A DNA stretch of 63,966 nucleotides, filler included, from Craspedostauros australis (Eukaryota), in NCBI GenBank assembly GCA_030167865.1. It is 6 parts of 6 records of this genome, joined end to end, with 100 filler letters (N's around TTAATTAATTAA, not from the genome) between each part and the next. Parts side by side here need not be neighbours in the genome. Positions count along the whole stretch, not along the records: positions 32,142 to 54,970 come from JALAGF010003468.1; positions 55,071 to 62,337 come from JALAGF010003471.1; positions 62,438 to 63,966 come from JALAGF010003478.1; 3 more parts are not named here. The stretch is one strand, 5' to 3'. The translations under genes were made by a program, and so were the position numbers. The notes beneath the pieces are model-generated. The model was not told where the DNA came from, did no database searches, and saw only the letters and a list, made by a program, of their open reading frames with translations. Numbering within the stretch: the first letter of the stretch is position 1; the number at the start of each line of letters is the position of its first letter. Positions 50,870 through 62,849 of the stretch are shown in pieces.

Positions 50870-52308
50870 CCCAATCAGCACAAGAAAAGGGAGAAGGAGA
50901 GAAGCTTCGACAGCCATGTATTACATATCACATTTTATTTACCTACCCTCTACTGCCTGCCAACCAAGATACTTATTTTCGGGCGAAAATGTGAAGAGTC
51001 GTGTGCCTGCCATAGTATGTGCCACAACTTCTCGCACTGGTAGACCTCATGCGGTATGTCCTACTATCTTTCATTTGTTACATTCTCCTCGTATTACGAG
51101 TAGGTTTGAATGGTGTGGTGTGTGGAACTCATCAGTTGCAGCGCGTACTAACTATGAGCGCACTCCTGCTGTCGCCGATTACCGCCAACGGCAGATGACC
51201 GCGAAACCGATAGCGAGTACGCCTCTAGTCTTGAATGCAAGTCTATTCAGGTTCGAGTCCTGAGTGCTCTTCGGAGTTGAGTCGTCCCAAGATGTCTTTC
51301 CGACGAAATTCCGTGGACAAACGAAGAACCAAAAGTGCGCAATCTTCCACGATGGGAAACGTGTGGTTGGTGAGGAAGAGGAGACGAAGCCCAATGACCA
51401 TCACAGACAAAGCCAAAGCAATGCGCATGGAGAGTATACCACACGTACGACTATAATACGATCTGCACCCACGATCATCGACCCTACCAACGAGCAACAC
51501 TCCTGCCCCTGCGCTTGGCTGACCAGAGAACTTGAAGAATTGCAATCCACACCGTTGAAGAGAAGGATCTGCCGAATTGTTGTGGACAAGAGAACCAATC
51601 AAGGCAGCCCACAACAAAGGAGAAGAACGATCTCTCCAAGAGCAGAGACAGAGAGAGGGAGAGAGAGCAGCATCACCATAGTAGCATCATCGTTATCGTC
51701 CTCTCCACAAAACACGAGAAACGCCTCTGATTTCCACCGAAGAAGTCATCGTGGGTGGATTCGTCACATTGTGGATTCGCTCACCGCATTCGTTCGATCA
51801 CATCCAACTTCCGAAGAACTGTATCGATCGGAGTGGTATCGTGGTTGACTCCCCCAAGACCATCACAGAGGGATGTGCCTACTCATGTTGCACAAACAAT
51901 GGTATCACATGAAGAGGCACAACTGCACAGCGTGACCAAATCGGGCACCATTGAAGGTCGTATCGTGCGAGCGAGCGAGCTAGCTGGCCTGCTTCGGATC
52001 ATGATGTGGCTGTCCACGGTCGCACCATACTATACCATACGCCGTGGTGGAACTGCGCAAGTCCATGCAGGCGTGATCACTGACGACACGTTGTTTCGTG
52101 ATCAATGCACGGGATCATGGAATGGAGGACATCAAGCTCGAGCAGACGAACTCACAATCGCCATCCAAGCGCAACTGATTTGGGACCACATACTCTGCCT
52201 GCTCTACCTGCTCTACTCGTACGATTGTACCACCAACAGCAGCAATCAGCAACAGCAACAATCACTAGCAGCCGTGACAATAACAACAACAGCGACAACA
52301 AGAAAAGG

Positions 52309-53763
52309 ATGAACCACAACATGGATGTTGTCGCCAACACCAATACCAACAGCGATCATGATCCAGACTTCAAGACTTTCTGGAAACAACTCCATCGGAA
52401 ATGGTGGATCCCGAAGACTGTGTTCAATGTGCAGAGTCATCCAAGACAGCAGATTTACTGCTACAGTGTCACACCCAAGCGGATGGAACACTGGGACATG
52501 GCCATCGAAGCAGGATTCACCTTTGCTGACTTGAAATCGATGAAGCGGCGGCACAAGCACGTTGCTTTATCACCTCATGTTCTACTGAGCTATTTTTTTC
52601 GCAGGGGCTGCAGGCGGATGCGTATTGGATCCCTTTATCTGAACTTCGGCAGCGATGACCAATTCGGAGAGGAAGACAAGCAAGCCATTCGCTTCGTACT
52701 CCGATTGGCTGCTGAACATCCACCCAAGTCTTCATTCGACCAATTCATCCACTTGCCTCAACGCTTCGTGGAGATGAAGCAGCTCCACGATATCCCTCTT
52801 GTGACACATCGTGTGGATTTGTATTCATGTGATCTTGTTGATTGTGACAAGCTCATGTTCAACATCTCCCAAAATTCGAAGTGGGTTAAGTTTGATTCCT
52901 GTAAGCTCGCCAATGGGGGCGCTGATTTGTGGAGATGGCTGTCTCCAAACAATTGCAGTGTCACCGAAGTATCCTTTTTCCGCACCGGTGTCACTTGCAA
53001 TAGCTTGGCAAAGCTATTCCAGTCAAACAAGCGCATCAACAAGCTCAACATCAGTTTCGATCAGGCCAACCGCGCCCAACACATCCACTCACAAGAAATC
53101 GACCAGATCATCCAACTCCTTTCCGATGCATCACACCTGAAGATGCTCAGTGTTTCCGGTGTTTGGGATGGATCATCGCGACAAGAGCAGATGACAAGGT
53201 TCGACACATTGATATCGCTCCTGGGAAACAAGACCTTGTCATCTCTGGCATGTGATGCCTTTGGTGCTCCCAGAATGTTTGAAGTTCCGCCTGAGACCCT
53301 CTCGGCACAAATGGAAGCACTTCAGCAAGCCTTGGAGCAGACTACCCAACTCACCTACCTCCACATTCGACCACGCCCGCCTGACGAACATGTCCATTCG
53401 TACAATGCGCTTGTTGAACGTATCTTGCGGCGAAATCATCGCAACAAGGTGAGAGCAGTTCTGTGTTCCCTTCCGACATGGTCACGGCCACTGGCTCTGT
53501 TCGGAGAGATGCTGATGAGAACAAGCAAACATCGGAGTAGAATGGCTGAAATGGGTCTAATGGGTACAATGGATCCCATGAGCGAGACTTTCCATCTTCT
53601 GTTGCAGGGCAGTGAGACGTTGAAACAGACGTGGGATGACAATAGAGAGGATCGGCTCGTCCGAGTTGATGATGCTTCTGCTTGTTGTGTGAAAACGAAA
53701 GGCACATCGATGATTGATGCGATCCTGGATGGCCTTGGAGTACGCTGGTCGTCGAGTAATTAG
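52309..53763 (+). CDS. LRR/RNI-like protein of unknown function, paralog B (484 aa)
   Basis: Full-length homolog of 40101-41570; the ATG at 52309 aligns with the paralog start. Confidence 0.7.
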   Translation: MNHNMDVVANTNTNSDHDPDFKTFWKQLHRKWWIPKTVFNVQSHPRQQIYCYSVTPKRMEHWDMAIEAGFTFADLKSMKRRHKHVALSPHVLLSYFFRRGCRRMRIGSLYLNFGSDDQFGEEDKQAIRFVLRLAAEHPPKSSFDQFIHLPQRFVEMKQLHDIPLVTHRVDLYSCDLVDCDKLMFNISQNSKWVKFDSCKLANGGADLWRWLSPNNCSVTEVSFFRTGVTCNSLAKLFQSNKRINKLNISFDQANRAQHIHSQEIDQIIQLLSDASHLKMLSVSGVWDGSSRQEQMTRFDTLISLLGNKTLSSLACDAFGAPRMFEVPPETLSAQMEALQQALEQTTQLTYLHIRPRPPDEHVHSYNALVERILRRNHRNKVRAVLCSLPTWSRPLALFGEMLMRTSKHRSRMAEMGLMGTMDPMSETFHLLLQGSETLKQTWDDNREDRLVRVDDASACCVKTKGTSMIDAILDGLGVRWSSSN

Positions 53764-53859
53764 AACAACGCATGGAGACAGTATTGATACTCTGGTGCAT
53801 GTGAGTGTATTGTTGTAGGTGTAGGATGGAACAAGGGAGATGGTTGGGTGATTGATCAG

Positions 53860-53895
<36 letters not shown>

Positions 53896-54057
53896 GAGGT
53901 GTTCGTCTGTGATTGTGATTGCGATTGTGTGTTGTGGTAGGTGAGAAGCATGGAATGTCTAGATCGTTCGAGTATGGCTGGTCCATCAACAACAAGCGAA
54001 AGCCGTCCACATAATCTACCTGCATCACAGCGCGATTTCGCACTCTTCCACACATTC

Positions 54058-54970
54058 TCATATCCTCAGAACAGCAGCACCCAGAACGGTCTTCTTCGCA
54101 AAGCCCGTCTTGTCCATGATGAAGAAGAACACATCCCGGAACTTGGCCAACGGCCACAACGAGGACTCCAGGTATCCCAGCAGACCAACCTCGGCCGTGA
54201 TATCCATGATGGTCGCGATGGTGGGCCATCACTTGTCCTTGTAATCTATCTGCAGGATGTCTTCGAGGCTGATCCCGCCATTGGCTTGTCCATTGTACTG
54301 CATGGTGTACCGCTGAATGGCGTTGCCCAGACAATAAGCGTCTTCGATGGCCTGATTAGTGTCCTGTCCAAGAAACTGTGGTATGGCGTGCGCTGGTGCC
54401 TCCATTGCGGTTGCGGTTGCGGTTGCCGTTGGTGGCCACCATCGCCTTGGCCCGTCGCGCAAAGGGATTTTGGAAGTCGATCCCCAACTCGAAGAGACGA
54501 TCGGCATTGTCGATGAGTCGATCGATGATGGGCCTGATGGTGTCCATGGGGATCTTGGCATCTTCGATCTGCTGTCACATCTGTTGCTGGACGTGCTCGG
54601 TCTCGGATCATGCCTATCAAGGGACGCTCTCGTCATTCGTGCTGGCGGTGGGCTTGGAGAAGGGGGAAGGTGTTGCGGAAGATGATGAAGCAGCCTCTCA
54701 TGGTATCACGCTTGATGCCGCTACCATGGTTGATGTTGTCGTCGTTGCCGGTGAGGCAGTAGGCACAGTTGCCAAAGTATTGCTGCAGGATGGGATCTTG
54801 TTCCATTGTGTTCGTTTGGTCGCCGCTACTTCTGCTGCTACTACTCCCGCTGCTACTGTCGCTGTCCTCTTTGGCGACATCCTGAATGGCGTGCCGGATG
54901 CGGATGCCAGAGTACACAGCCACCGAATTGCGTTTGTTGCCTGCTGAAGACCGCACATTGCCATCACCAC
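54058..54970 (-). pseudogene. FAD monooxygenase pseudogene, 3' part (inverted copy)
   Basis: VYSGIRIRHAI and HAIPQFLGQDTNQAIEDAYCL, with frameshifts. Confidence 0.7.
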
Positions 54971-55070
54971 NNNNNNNNNNNNNNNNNNNNNNNNNNNNNN
55001 NNNNNNNNNNNNNNTTAATTAATTAANNNNNNNNNNNNNNNNNNNNNNNNNNNNNNNNNNNNNNNNNNNN
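54971..55070. other. artificial contig linker
   Basis: 44N-TTAATTAATTAA-44N. Confidence 0.98.
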
Positions 55071-56490
55071 TGTTCAATCGGAAGTGCAGACGCAACAGTC
55101 GCAGATTAATGTTCCGATGTCAATGGTACTGTAAATGTAAAATGTAACTGTAATTGTCTATCCAACGGTGGAGGATCTTCAATGCATTCACCAATGGGTC
55201 GCTGGGACATCTTCATTTGCTGAAGTCCGGTTGTTGGTTTGTTTGTGGTGTTGGCATGGCACGTTTGGGTTGATGTGCCATTGAGACGTGTATGTAGAGT
55301 TGTTCGTATTTGTGTTTTCGCTGTCCGTTTTGTTCATTCACTCTCGTGTTCGCTTTCTCTGTTTCGTGTCTTTATGTATATTCTACCGCTACTTTCAAAG
55401 TTGTGCTGTCTCTCGATCCGTGTTGTTTGCTCGGTGTTTTAAATGTCACAGCGGATAGTCCGTTCTCGTCACGCGAAGAACGTGGGTTACGAGTACGAAT
55501 AGAAGGCTCTGAAGCATAATTATTGTGACCTGTCAAACATGTCGTAGTGAGTGATCATGGTGTCGTGACGTTTGGAATGACAAGCCCCTCTGATAGTATT
55601 TATGCTTGAGGCATGGGTATTGGATTCAAACAAGATGCGTCCAAGGTGTCACTCAAAGACGGAGAAATGCAAAGAGAATGCGACATGGTTTTCAGTAGCA
55701 AACAGAACGAAGCGTCGGTGGAATGGAGATATTTTCTGCTTGTGTCTGGATTGTTTTGGATTGTCTTGGAACCTCCGTGTTCTGTACGCAGGCAATCCAG
55801 TCTCACTTTCTTTTCCGTGTTGTTGTTGTTGTTGCTGTTGTTGTTGTCGTGATCGCTGTCGCGTGAGTTGTTCGTCCTTGGTGTGGGCGAGAGCGTAAGT
55901 ACGTACGAGTGTTCATCAGCGTGGAGTGGTCTTACGAGCCATGTAACTTGTGCTGCTGTGGTCGTTTTCGTTTTTGTTGTCGTTGTCATGGTTTTCCCTG
56001 TCCGTGAAACTACAGTTGTTGGCCTGGCGGTGTTACGAGCATTGGCTTGGGTGGCCGACAAGACGACAGAGAAGAGCGAAACAAGAAGAGAAACTTGGAT
56101 CCCCATGAGAAACCAGGGACGTTCGTTGATGTTGTTCTTGTTGTCGTTGGCGCTAGCATTGCTTTTCGCCTGACGTAGGTGTGCGTGACCCAACGAAGTG
56201 ACATCCCGCTGGTCGTTGTGCATGAATAGCCACCCTCTGCCAATACTTTGCACGACACAATGCAGACAGACAGAGAGAGCGTACATACCAATACGTAGCA
56301 ATACTCAGCGCTAATCAACACATACCTTCAAATACTTGAAGGATACCTCCAACAACAACCGACAGTCGGAGCTTCGCCTCATCTATCTCTCACAATTTTA
56401 ACAGGATCAACCGAATCACAACAACCACACAGTAACACACAACGTTCTAACAACAACTCCAGATCGCACGACAACAACAACAACGCAAAG

Positions 56491-57405
56491 ATGGTTCGCA
56501 ACGATTCTCACCAACACCAAGCACGTCCCATATCGCTCTCACTTGCACTTGCGATCGCCATCGCCGACTCGGACTCTGGCCGTTCTGAGCATTCAACTGT
56601 CTCCGTTATCCCAAAGAATGGCAGGAAGTCGCCGACATCATCCAAGAGACGTCCTCTCGATCCACCATCCGACCTTCCGTTGCCATCTGCCAGACATGGC
56701 TATGCCGACTATGATGTCAGCGTGGATGCCAGCGTGGATGCCAACGATAGCAACAAGGAGAATGACGGTGATGGCAACGCCAACAATGGCCTCCGAAGCA
56801 GCATGAAGAAAGCCACCAGCATCAGCATCAACGCTGTTGACAACATCATCACTAGCAACAACAAAAGCAGAAAGAGCAAGAGCAGCAACAAGAAGCAGAA
56901 GAAGCGAAGGAACGTCACTTTCTACTCATCCGTGCGAGTGAAGACAATGCCGCGATACGCAATGGTCGATGGCGAGAGCAGCGTTGATGTTGACAGCAGC
57001 ACCAACGCCGAGACCCACGGTGACAATGCCGAGCAAGCTGAGGGCAGCAACAACAGCAGTCGCTGCGTTGCTCATGACATTTGGTACACCAAGCCAGAGC
57101 TCAAAGGGCTGCGACGCGATGCGAGGGAGACCGTCATGATGATGCACAAAGACGAGCTTCCTTACGACACGCATGAGTACTGCCGACGCGGATTGGAGAT
57201 CCAGCTGCCAGCGAGAGCCGAGCAGAGGAAGTTGGTGCGCCAGACCGCCAGAGATGTCGTGCTGGAAAAGCAGGAGCAGCTGCGCAAGGACTCCATCGTG
57301 GATGAAGATGCGATTGCTGATGTCTACACTGAATCAACGATCATGTCGCAGGTCACCGCGCAGCACATTGGCATGATGGATCACAGAGATGCCTGGATGC
57401 AGTGA
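56491..57405 (+). CDS. VxF/WY/RGLE-motif protein of unknown function (304 aa)
   Basis: KKRRNVTFYSSVRV, IWYTKPEL, YCRRGLE, VLEKQEQ, IADVY; CAA-rich leader. Confidence 0.75.
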   Translation: MVRNDSHQHQARPISLSLALAIAIADSDSGRSEHSTVSVIPKNGRKSPTSSKRRPLDPPSDLPLPSARHGYADYDVSVDASVDANDSNKENDGDGNANNGLRSSMKKATSISINAVDNIITSNNKSRKSKSSNKKQKKRRNVTFYSSVRVKTMPRYAMVDGESSVDVDSSTNAETHGDNAEQAEGSNNSSRCVAHDIWYTKPELKGLRRDARETVMMMHKDELPYDTHEYCRRGLEIQLPARAEQRKLVRQTARDVVLEKQEQLRKDSIVDEDAIADVYTESTIMSQVTAQHIGMMDHRDAWMQ

Positions 57406-57424
57406 ACGGCGAACGAAAAGAGAG

Positions 57425-57427
<3 letters not shown>

Positions 57428-57459
<32 letters not shown>
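57428..57459. repeat. (GA)n microsatellite
   Basis: About 15 GA units directly after the stop codon. Confidence 0.9.
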
Positions 57460-57463
<4 letters not shown>

Positions 57464-59711
57464 GGGCCGCTGAGGCGAGATCGTTGACCGGTCAAACCAA
57501 TTCTCAACATCTCGTTCATGCATCGGGCGAAGCAAGCGATTCAAAGTACACAACACATTCGTGGGGAAGTGAATGGTGCTCCACTGGTGGTGCGATGCCA
57601 GTAGTGTTAACAAAGCAACAGCTCTCTCTATCTAGATTAAGAATGCTATGCTACCTTATCTCTGCTCCAATCTGTTCTTCTTTGCTCTCCCCCTCTCGCT
57701 CAGGAGAGAGAGACGACAAATGATGAAAGGAACAACGCCTGCATTGTTGGTATCCCTCTTGCGCTCGAACCCGCGCTCGTGCTCGCACTACGTTTGCATC
57801 TGCACTTGCATTGGCATGAGTGCCAACCACATCACAAAGCAACGAGCATTGGTGTGACGGAAGATCGATCACCAAGTGGCGAAGGAACAAACTACAGCTG
57901 TCCGTTTGGATAGTCGCAACGATGTGAAGTTGATTCGCCACCGGGTTGTTGAGGTTTGTTGTGGGTCTGGGTTCCATGTTGGCGATTGGGGAAGGTGCCA
58001 AAAGCCGATTTTGGTTCTCAACTCTCACCGTGATTGATCATAAGCCTCGTTACATTTCTCCGTGATCAACCTTGCCATGGATGTTGATCGTCGTTTCGCA
58101 TACGTTCAACGTGTTTTGTATGTTTGGGCCTTAGCTATGACCGTCTGCGTGGGTTCGTACTCGTATTCGTGCTCTTCATGTTTGAGTTGTTGGAATGTCC
58201 CCAATGATGTACATCGAGCACTCGGGATTAGCAGCCGCATGTCTCCCCTTCTTTTTCTCGACCCGCTCATCTTTTCGTTCACCACCTCCTTCGTCTCTCT
58301 CGCTTTCGAAATGGGATTTCCCAAACTTGCGAAGACAACTCGCAACTGCACCTGCACCTGCAGCTGTACCTTTGGCCGCACCGGCAGTTCAGCCGTTCAA
58401 GCCGTTCTCCCCGGTTTCAATTTGACGAGGTGAACGAATCGTACGTACTCTTCCTCACGCCCTCGTGCCGGCGTGAAACACGCGCGAGAGTCAAGAGATG
58501 GAGGCACGGAAGATGGCTGGTTGAGGCGACGCAGCTGAGCATCTGGCGATAAAGGATGGAGATGGAAGAGCCGAAAGTCGTTGCACATCAGGATGGTGCT
58601 GCAACAGAAATTCAACGCGAAGTGACTTGTCCAACATACAGCGTCCATCGCAAACGGAACATGACGATCATCTGCTGTCGTCTCGGCATCATTTTTCGAG
58701 GGACTTGCGACTACATCTCTCGCTCTTTCTCGTACTTCGATGACGGTGTCACAATTCATACATGCCCGATTCGACATGGGCGGCATAAACAGGAGCAGCA
58801 ATAGATGCACAAAAGGTCGCATCGTTTCATAAACGCGATGGTCTCTTTCCGAATTGTGCCTTAACTGCTGCAGTCGACTTCATCATTATCATTCAATCAT
58901 CGTTCCCATGAGGATGACGGCGAAATCACTCTCTCCATCCACATCGAGAGAGAGAGAGAGACCTGATCATCTGATGATTGCGACGGCACACGGTTCCCAC
59001 CAATTGGACGATGACGCTGCAGAAAGTCCGTTCTGCACAAGTGCGCCTCGTGGTCCAACTCGTTTCCGTTTCCACACTTTTCGATACCCCAAATCACCAA
59101 CCAACACCAAACACCACAGCGCCGAAACCAAATCAAAGGGTCAACAGGGATGCAACACGACACAACGCAACGCACAAACAAGCCAAGAGGACTCACTCTA
59201 CTATATTCGACAACATCCCGACTCGACGTTGGTATCATGATGAAGCCGAAAAGGCGGCCAGGTATTGTTCGCTCGCATCGATTCGCCCTGTTTCCGAAAA
59301 GTGACTTCCATGCTCTACTCTATTCCACGCAAAGTAGAGCGGAGGATGGTAAGTCCACTTGCGTGCGGCATGATGCAATGCTGTATCTATTTCCCCGTCA
59401 AAGCCAAATGGTATCCACAATGACAAGGCCAATCAAGTCCGAGCAAAATGGTCCAGATTGAGCAGCTTCACGCCGCTCTGATCGCGTGATATTTCACCCC
59501 TCACACACCTCTCAGTTCCTATCTCCAGCATCGCTCAAGCGGCAATTACAATCATGTCCACATCAACCGCCGACATCTGCTACTTTGGTCATAATTCTGC
59601 ATCATCGCCATCATCACCATCATCGGCCTTCTCGGAAGCAGGCACACACGCACGCACACAACCGTACTCGTACGGCAATTGATAACACTTCCAACACTCA
59701 AAGCCAGCACC

Positions 59712-60359
59712 ATGACCGTCTCGAGACACGCCAGCGTTGTGCAAGTGTTCCTCAACAATGTCGCCTCCGGCAACATGACGAACATGATCAATGGACAGAT
59801 GAAGCGCGAGTATCCGCAAGAACCCAGATCGAATTCCAAAGGCACCATCGACACGTCGGAGCATTCCACAATGACGGCCGATGGCACGAAGCACGAGGAC
59901 AACGCCAATGGCGACAGCACACACATCACGTGCCCGTCGCCAACGCCGGAGCGGCCCGTCTCCATCACGTTCAAACCCTCTGTTCGCGTCCGGGTCATCC
60001 CGAGCCATCGCGAACTCACGCCGCAGGAGACCGACGCCGTTTGGTTCACCGAAAAGGAGCTGGCTGACATTCGCAAGCAGGCTCGGCTGATGGTCAGCAT
60101 GGCCAACCGCGGAAGGATGGAGGAGGACGATCCGCGTTTGCTTGGTCTCGGGTGCCGCACCGTGAAGGGACAGCGCAGGAAGCGCGATCTGAGACACAAA
60201 GCCTGGGATGCCGTGCTGGAGGAGCAGGACTGGCAGTTGAGCGAAGAGACGAGCGACCCGGAGCTGATCTCGATGGCGTACCTGACGATTTCGGCGGAGG
60301 CCCGAAGCGATGCGTTCCACGCAGGACGGCGGCAGTGGCATAGTGCGAAATACTTGTGA
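59712..60359 (+). CDS. second VxF/WY/RGLE-family protein (215 aa)
   Basis: SITFKPSVRVRVI, VWFTEKEL, LLGLG, AVLEEQ, ISMAY; same motif order as 56491-57405. Confidence 0.72.
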   Translation: MTVSRHASVVQVFLNNVASGNMTNMINGQMKREYPQEPRSNSKGTIDTSEHSTMTADGTKHEDNANGDSTHITCPSPTPERPVSITFKPSVRVRVIPSHRELTPQETDAVWFTEKELADIRKQARLMVSMANRGRMEEDDPRLLGLGCRTVKGQRRKRDLRHKAWDAVLEEQDWQLSEETSDPELISMAYLTISAEARSDAFHAGRRQWHSAKYL

Positions 60360-62337
60360 ATCGGAGGAGGGTGCGCGTACCGTGGCTATTGTAATATATC
60401 TAGAGATAGCATGGTCGCTACCAATGGAGGAGGTGATCTCCACGATGGCTGTTTGTTCATGCTTTGGTCTATGTTATTGTGTCGTACTGGGTAAAGAAAT
60501 CATTGTTTCCGTCTGTCCACCGACCGTGTGATCAAGAGTGTCCGAGATAATAAGAATGGACTTTTATTTCGCCAGGAATGATCAAGACAACTATGGAAAG
60601 GGGCGCTGCGGGACGTACCAAATGACAGGAAGACAGGAGCTGGGGCTGACGATGTTGTTCAGCTTGCGTTCGGCCAGAGGCTGAATCAACTCGAAGATGA
60701 AGAGCGACAGGGTGGCGCACCGAGAATACGACCTCCAGGTCGCAGTTGATGCACTCACGATAACACTAGTTGTGGAGTGTTTTTTGAGTTTTACTCGTGA
60801 TGAGTCGTGATAAAGTAGACTAAAATAGAGCACATCCAAAACCATCCAAACAACTGCTTATGATGTTATATCTCAACACCACACCATTTAAAACTAAAAC
60901 TAGACAGTGCATTCGGACGCTTGGCTATCGTTTATTCCGAATATCAAAGTTAAATTTGTATGAACTTTATTTTTAATGTCCTTTTGGCTTGCTGTCTGTC
61001 AGGTGGTGGGTGCGAAAAATTCTCGATGGCACCATGCTGCCCTACCTTCAGCACCCATGATCATCATTATCATCCCTGACATTTTCACAATCTGCGCATC
61101 ACATTGGCTCCGGATACCCCCCATCTATCCACTCCAGGAAGGACAGGCAAATCTGGGCGCATTGGATATCCCAAAGGCTCCCTGCACTGAAACGCAGAAA
61201 TTTCGAACACCCGATTCCGACACGGATGCCGTTCGTATTTGGATCCGTATCTCGTCGATACGATCCTTGCAGCTCCTCCACATGCCCCTCGTGCGTTCCC
61301 ACATTCTCTGTCGACACACTGATGTGTTCAGAATGGGTGGGGCGCCCATACCTCCAAAGGTACATCTCCATGTGATGATGCCATCATGCTGTTTTTCCGA
61401 CACCCCAAAAAAACCATTTTTTGTGCATCCCAGGCTGCAGCCTCTTCCAGAGCTTTGATTTGTCCGACGCTTCAGGAACCGATCCCTGAGTTAATTCGGA
61501 ACACATCTTGAATGGGTGGCTTGGCGATCTGGGTGACTTGTCAATGGCACCCATCACCAGCGAAGTCACGTGATGTGTCCGCTGCCACCCACCAAAAAAC
61601 TCCTGCCCTCGGCTTGGTTCTTGCGGAGGGCACCTTCCAGGCCACCCCCGACCCTCAAACTTCGTGTGCATCTTCATCGTATCCTCTTGGATGCGTCTTG
61701 CCCATCAATAGTCATTGGAATGGCCTGTGCATTCCAGGCAGAGACCATATCCAACGAGCAGATGTTCCTCCGAATCGTGTCGCTTGCGCGTGGGCCTGCC
61801 ACGACCCCAAATCAACCACTCCGGCATCCCCCTCTCGCTCATCCACCAATCTTTACATGGCGGTTCCGCCTATGCCCTCGGATCTTGCACTGGACCGCTG
61901 GCTGTCGCAGTGCCGATGATGCCGTTCGACGGCGCTTGAGGAGTTTTGTTGTGTTTCTCCATTGTCGTGTTGTTGTGTTGTGTTTGGTGTTCTCAAACAG
62001 TTTTTGCTGTTGGGGGCCATGGAGATTAACCACAATTCTACCGAATGTGCCCATCAATGAGAACACTTTGCGAGTCCCGAATTGCGCCTCCATTCCACAA
62101 CAACAAAACTGACCTCACAAAATGGACAACGGAAACATTGCACATCTGGGACGACCTGCTGTTGATTCTCTGTTGCTTGTAGCCACTGATTGTACAACAA
62201 TGTAGAATGACTGTGACTGTCCACATGGGAGAGAGCGGACGACACAATGCACCTTGTGACCATCCAATGTTGCCCATGCCCCCTGTGACGCGCTGCGCCG
62301 TGCTGTGCTTCGATGGCTGATGATGCGGTGCGCTGTG

Positions 62338-62437
62338 NNNNNNNNNNNNNNNNNNNNNNNNNNNNNNNNNNNNNNNNNNNNTTAATTAATTAANNNNNNN
62401 NNNNNNNNNNNNNNNNNNNNNNNNNNNNNNNNNNNNN
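62338..62437. other. artificial contig linker
   Basis: 44N-TTAATTAATTAA-44N. Confidence 0.98.
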
Positions 62438-62849
62438 AAAGATGCGCGCCGCCACCACATGATATCCGCATGTACCCTTCTCCCGGGCACTCCATAGCAG
62501 GCGAAGACGAGTCCGCTGCCTCAAGGCTGGAAGGAGTAGTAAACGCGGTATAGTCACTGAGGAGACGCGCATGTGGAGTCGCGCAAACGTTGGCACCTAG
62601 ATCACACTGACCGTGAATTCGTTGGCGCCATTCGCTGTCGCGAGACCCTGCAAGTGCATTTGCACGGAGCGGGACCGTCGTTGACGTCATGAAACGATCC
62701 GGCTCTGTGAACTGCACTTGGGTTGAGGCAGTTTGTAGCGGAGATGCAACGCTGGTGTGCGTGCCTGTTTGCATCCCGCATGGGCGAGCAACGGGTAGTA
62801 GCCGTTCACCGGAGAGCTGCTCTACTTCCGGCCGGCAAGAACAAAATCC
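62438..62849 (-). CDS. pol: Pol N-terminus (protease), -1 frame, truncated by contig edge
   Basis: Frame is open from GGA TTT TGT... through GQCDLGANVCAT. Confidence 0.85.
62786..62849 (-). promoter_or_regulatory. putative -1 frameshift signal, second copy
   Basis: G_GAT_TTT, 6-nt spacer, GCCG-GCCGGA / TCCGGT-GAA-CGGC stem, loop GAGCA complementary to downstream TGCTC. Confidence 0.8.

Larger units (their letters stand above)
51305..54970. repeat. right arm of the inverted duplication, running into the contig end
   Basis: Reverse-complement similarity to 38925-42655. Confidence 0.9.

Noticed and set aside
55071..55200. Contig starting with TGTT as a possible LTR
   Set aside because: No second copy, PBS, PPT or TSD visible.
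57850..58822. Same-frame minus-strand ORF pieces (58397-58822, 58106-58381) as a pseudogene
   Set aside because: No family recognisable by eye; needs a translated search.
60780..62337. AT-rich stretch with short ORFs as a possible degenerate transposon
   Set aside because: No terminal repeats or transposase motifs found.
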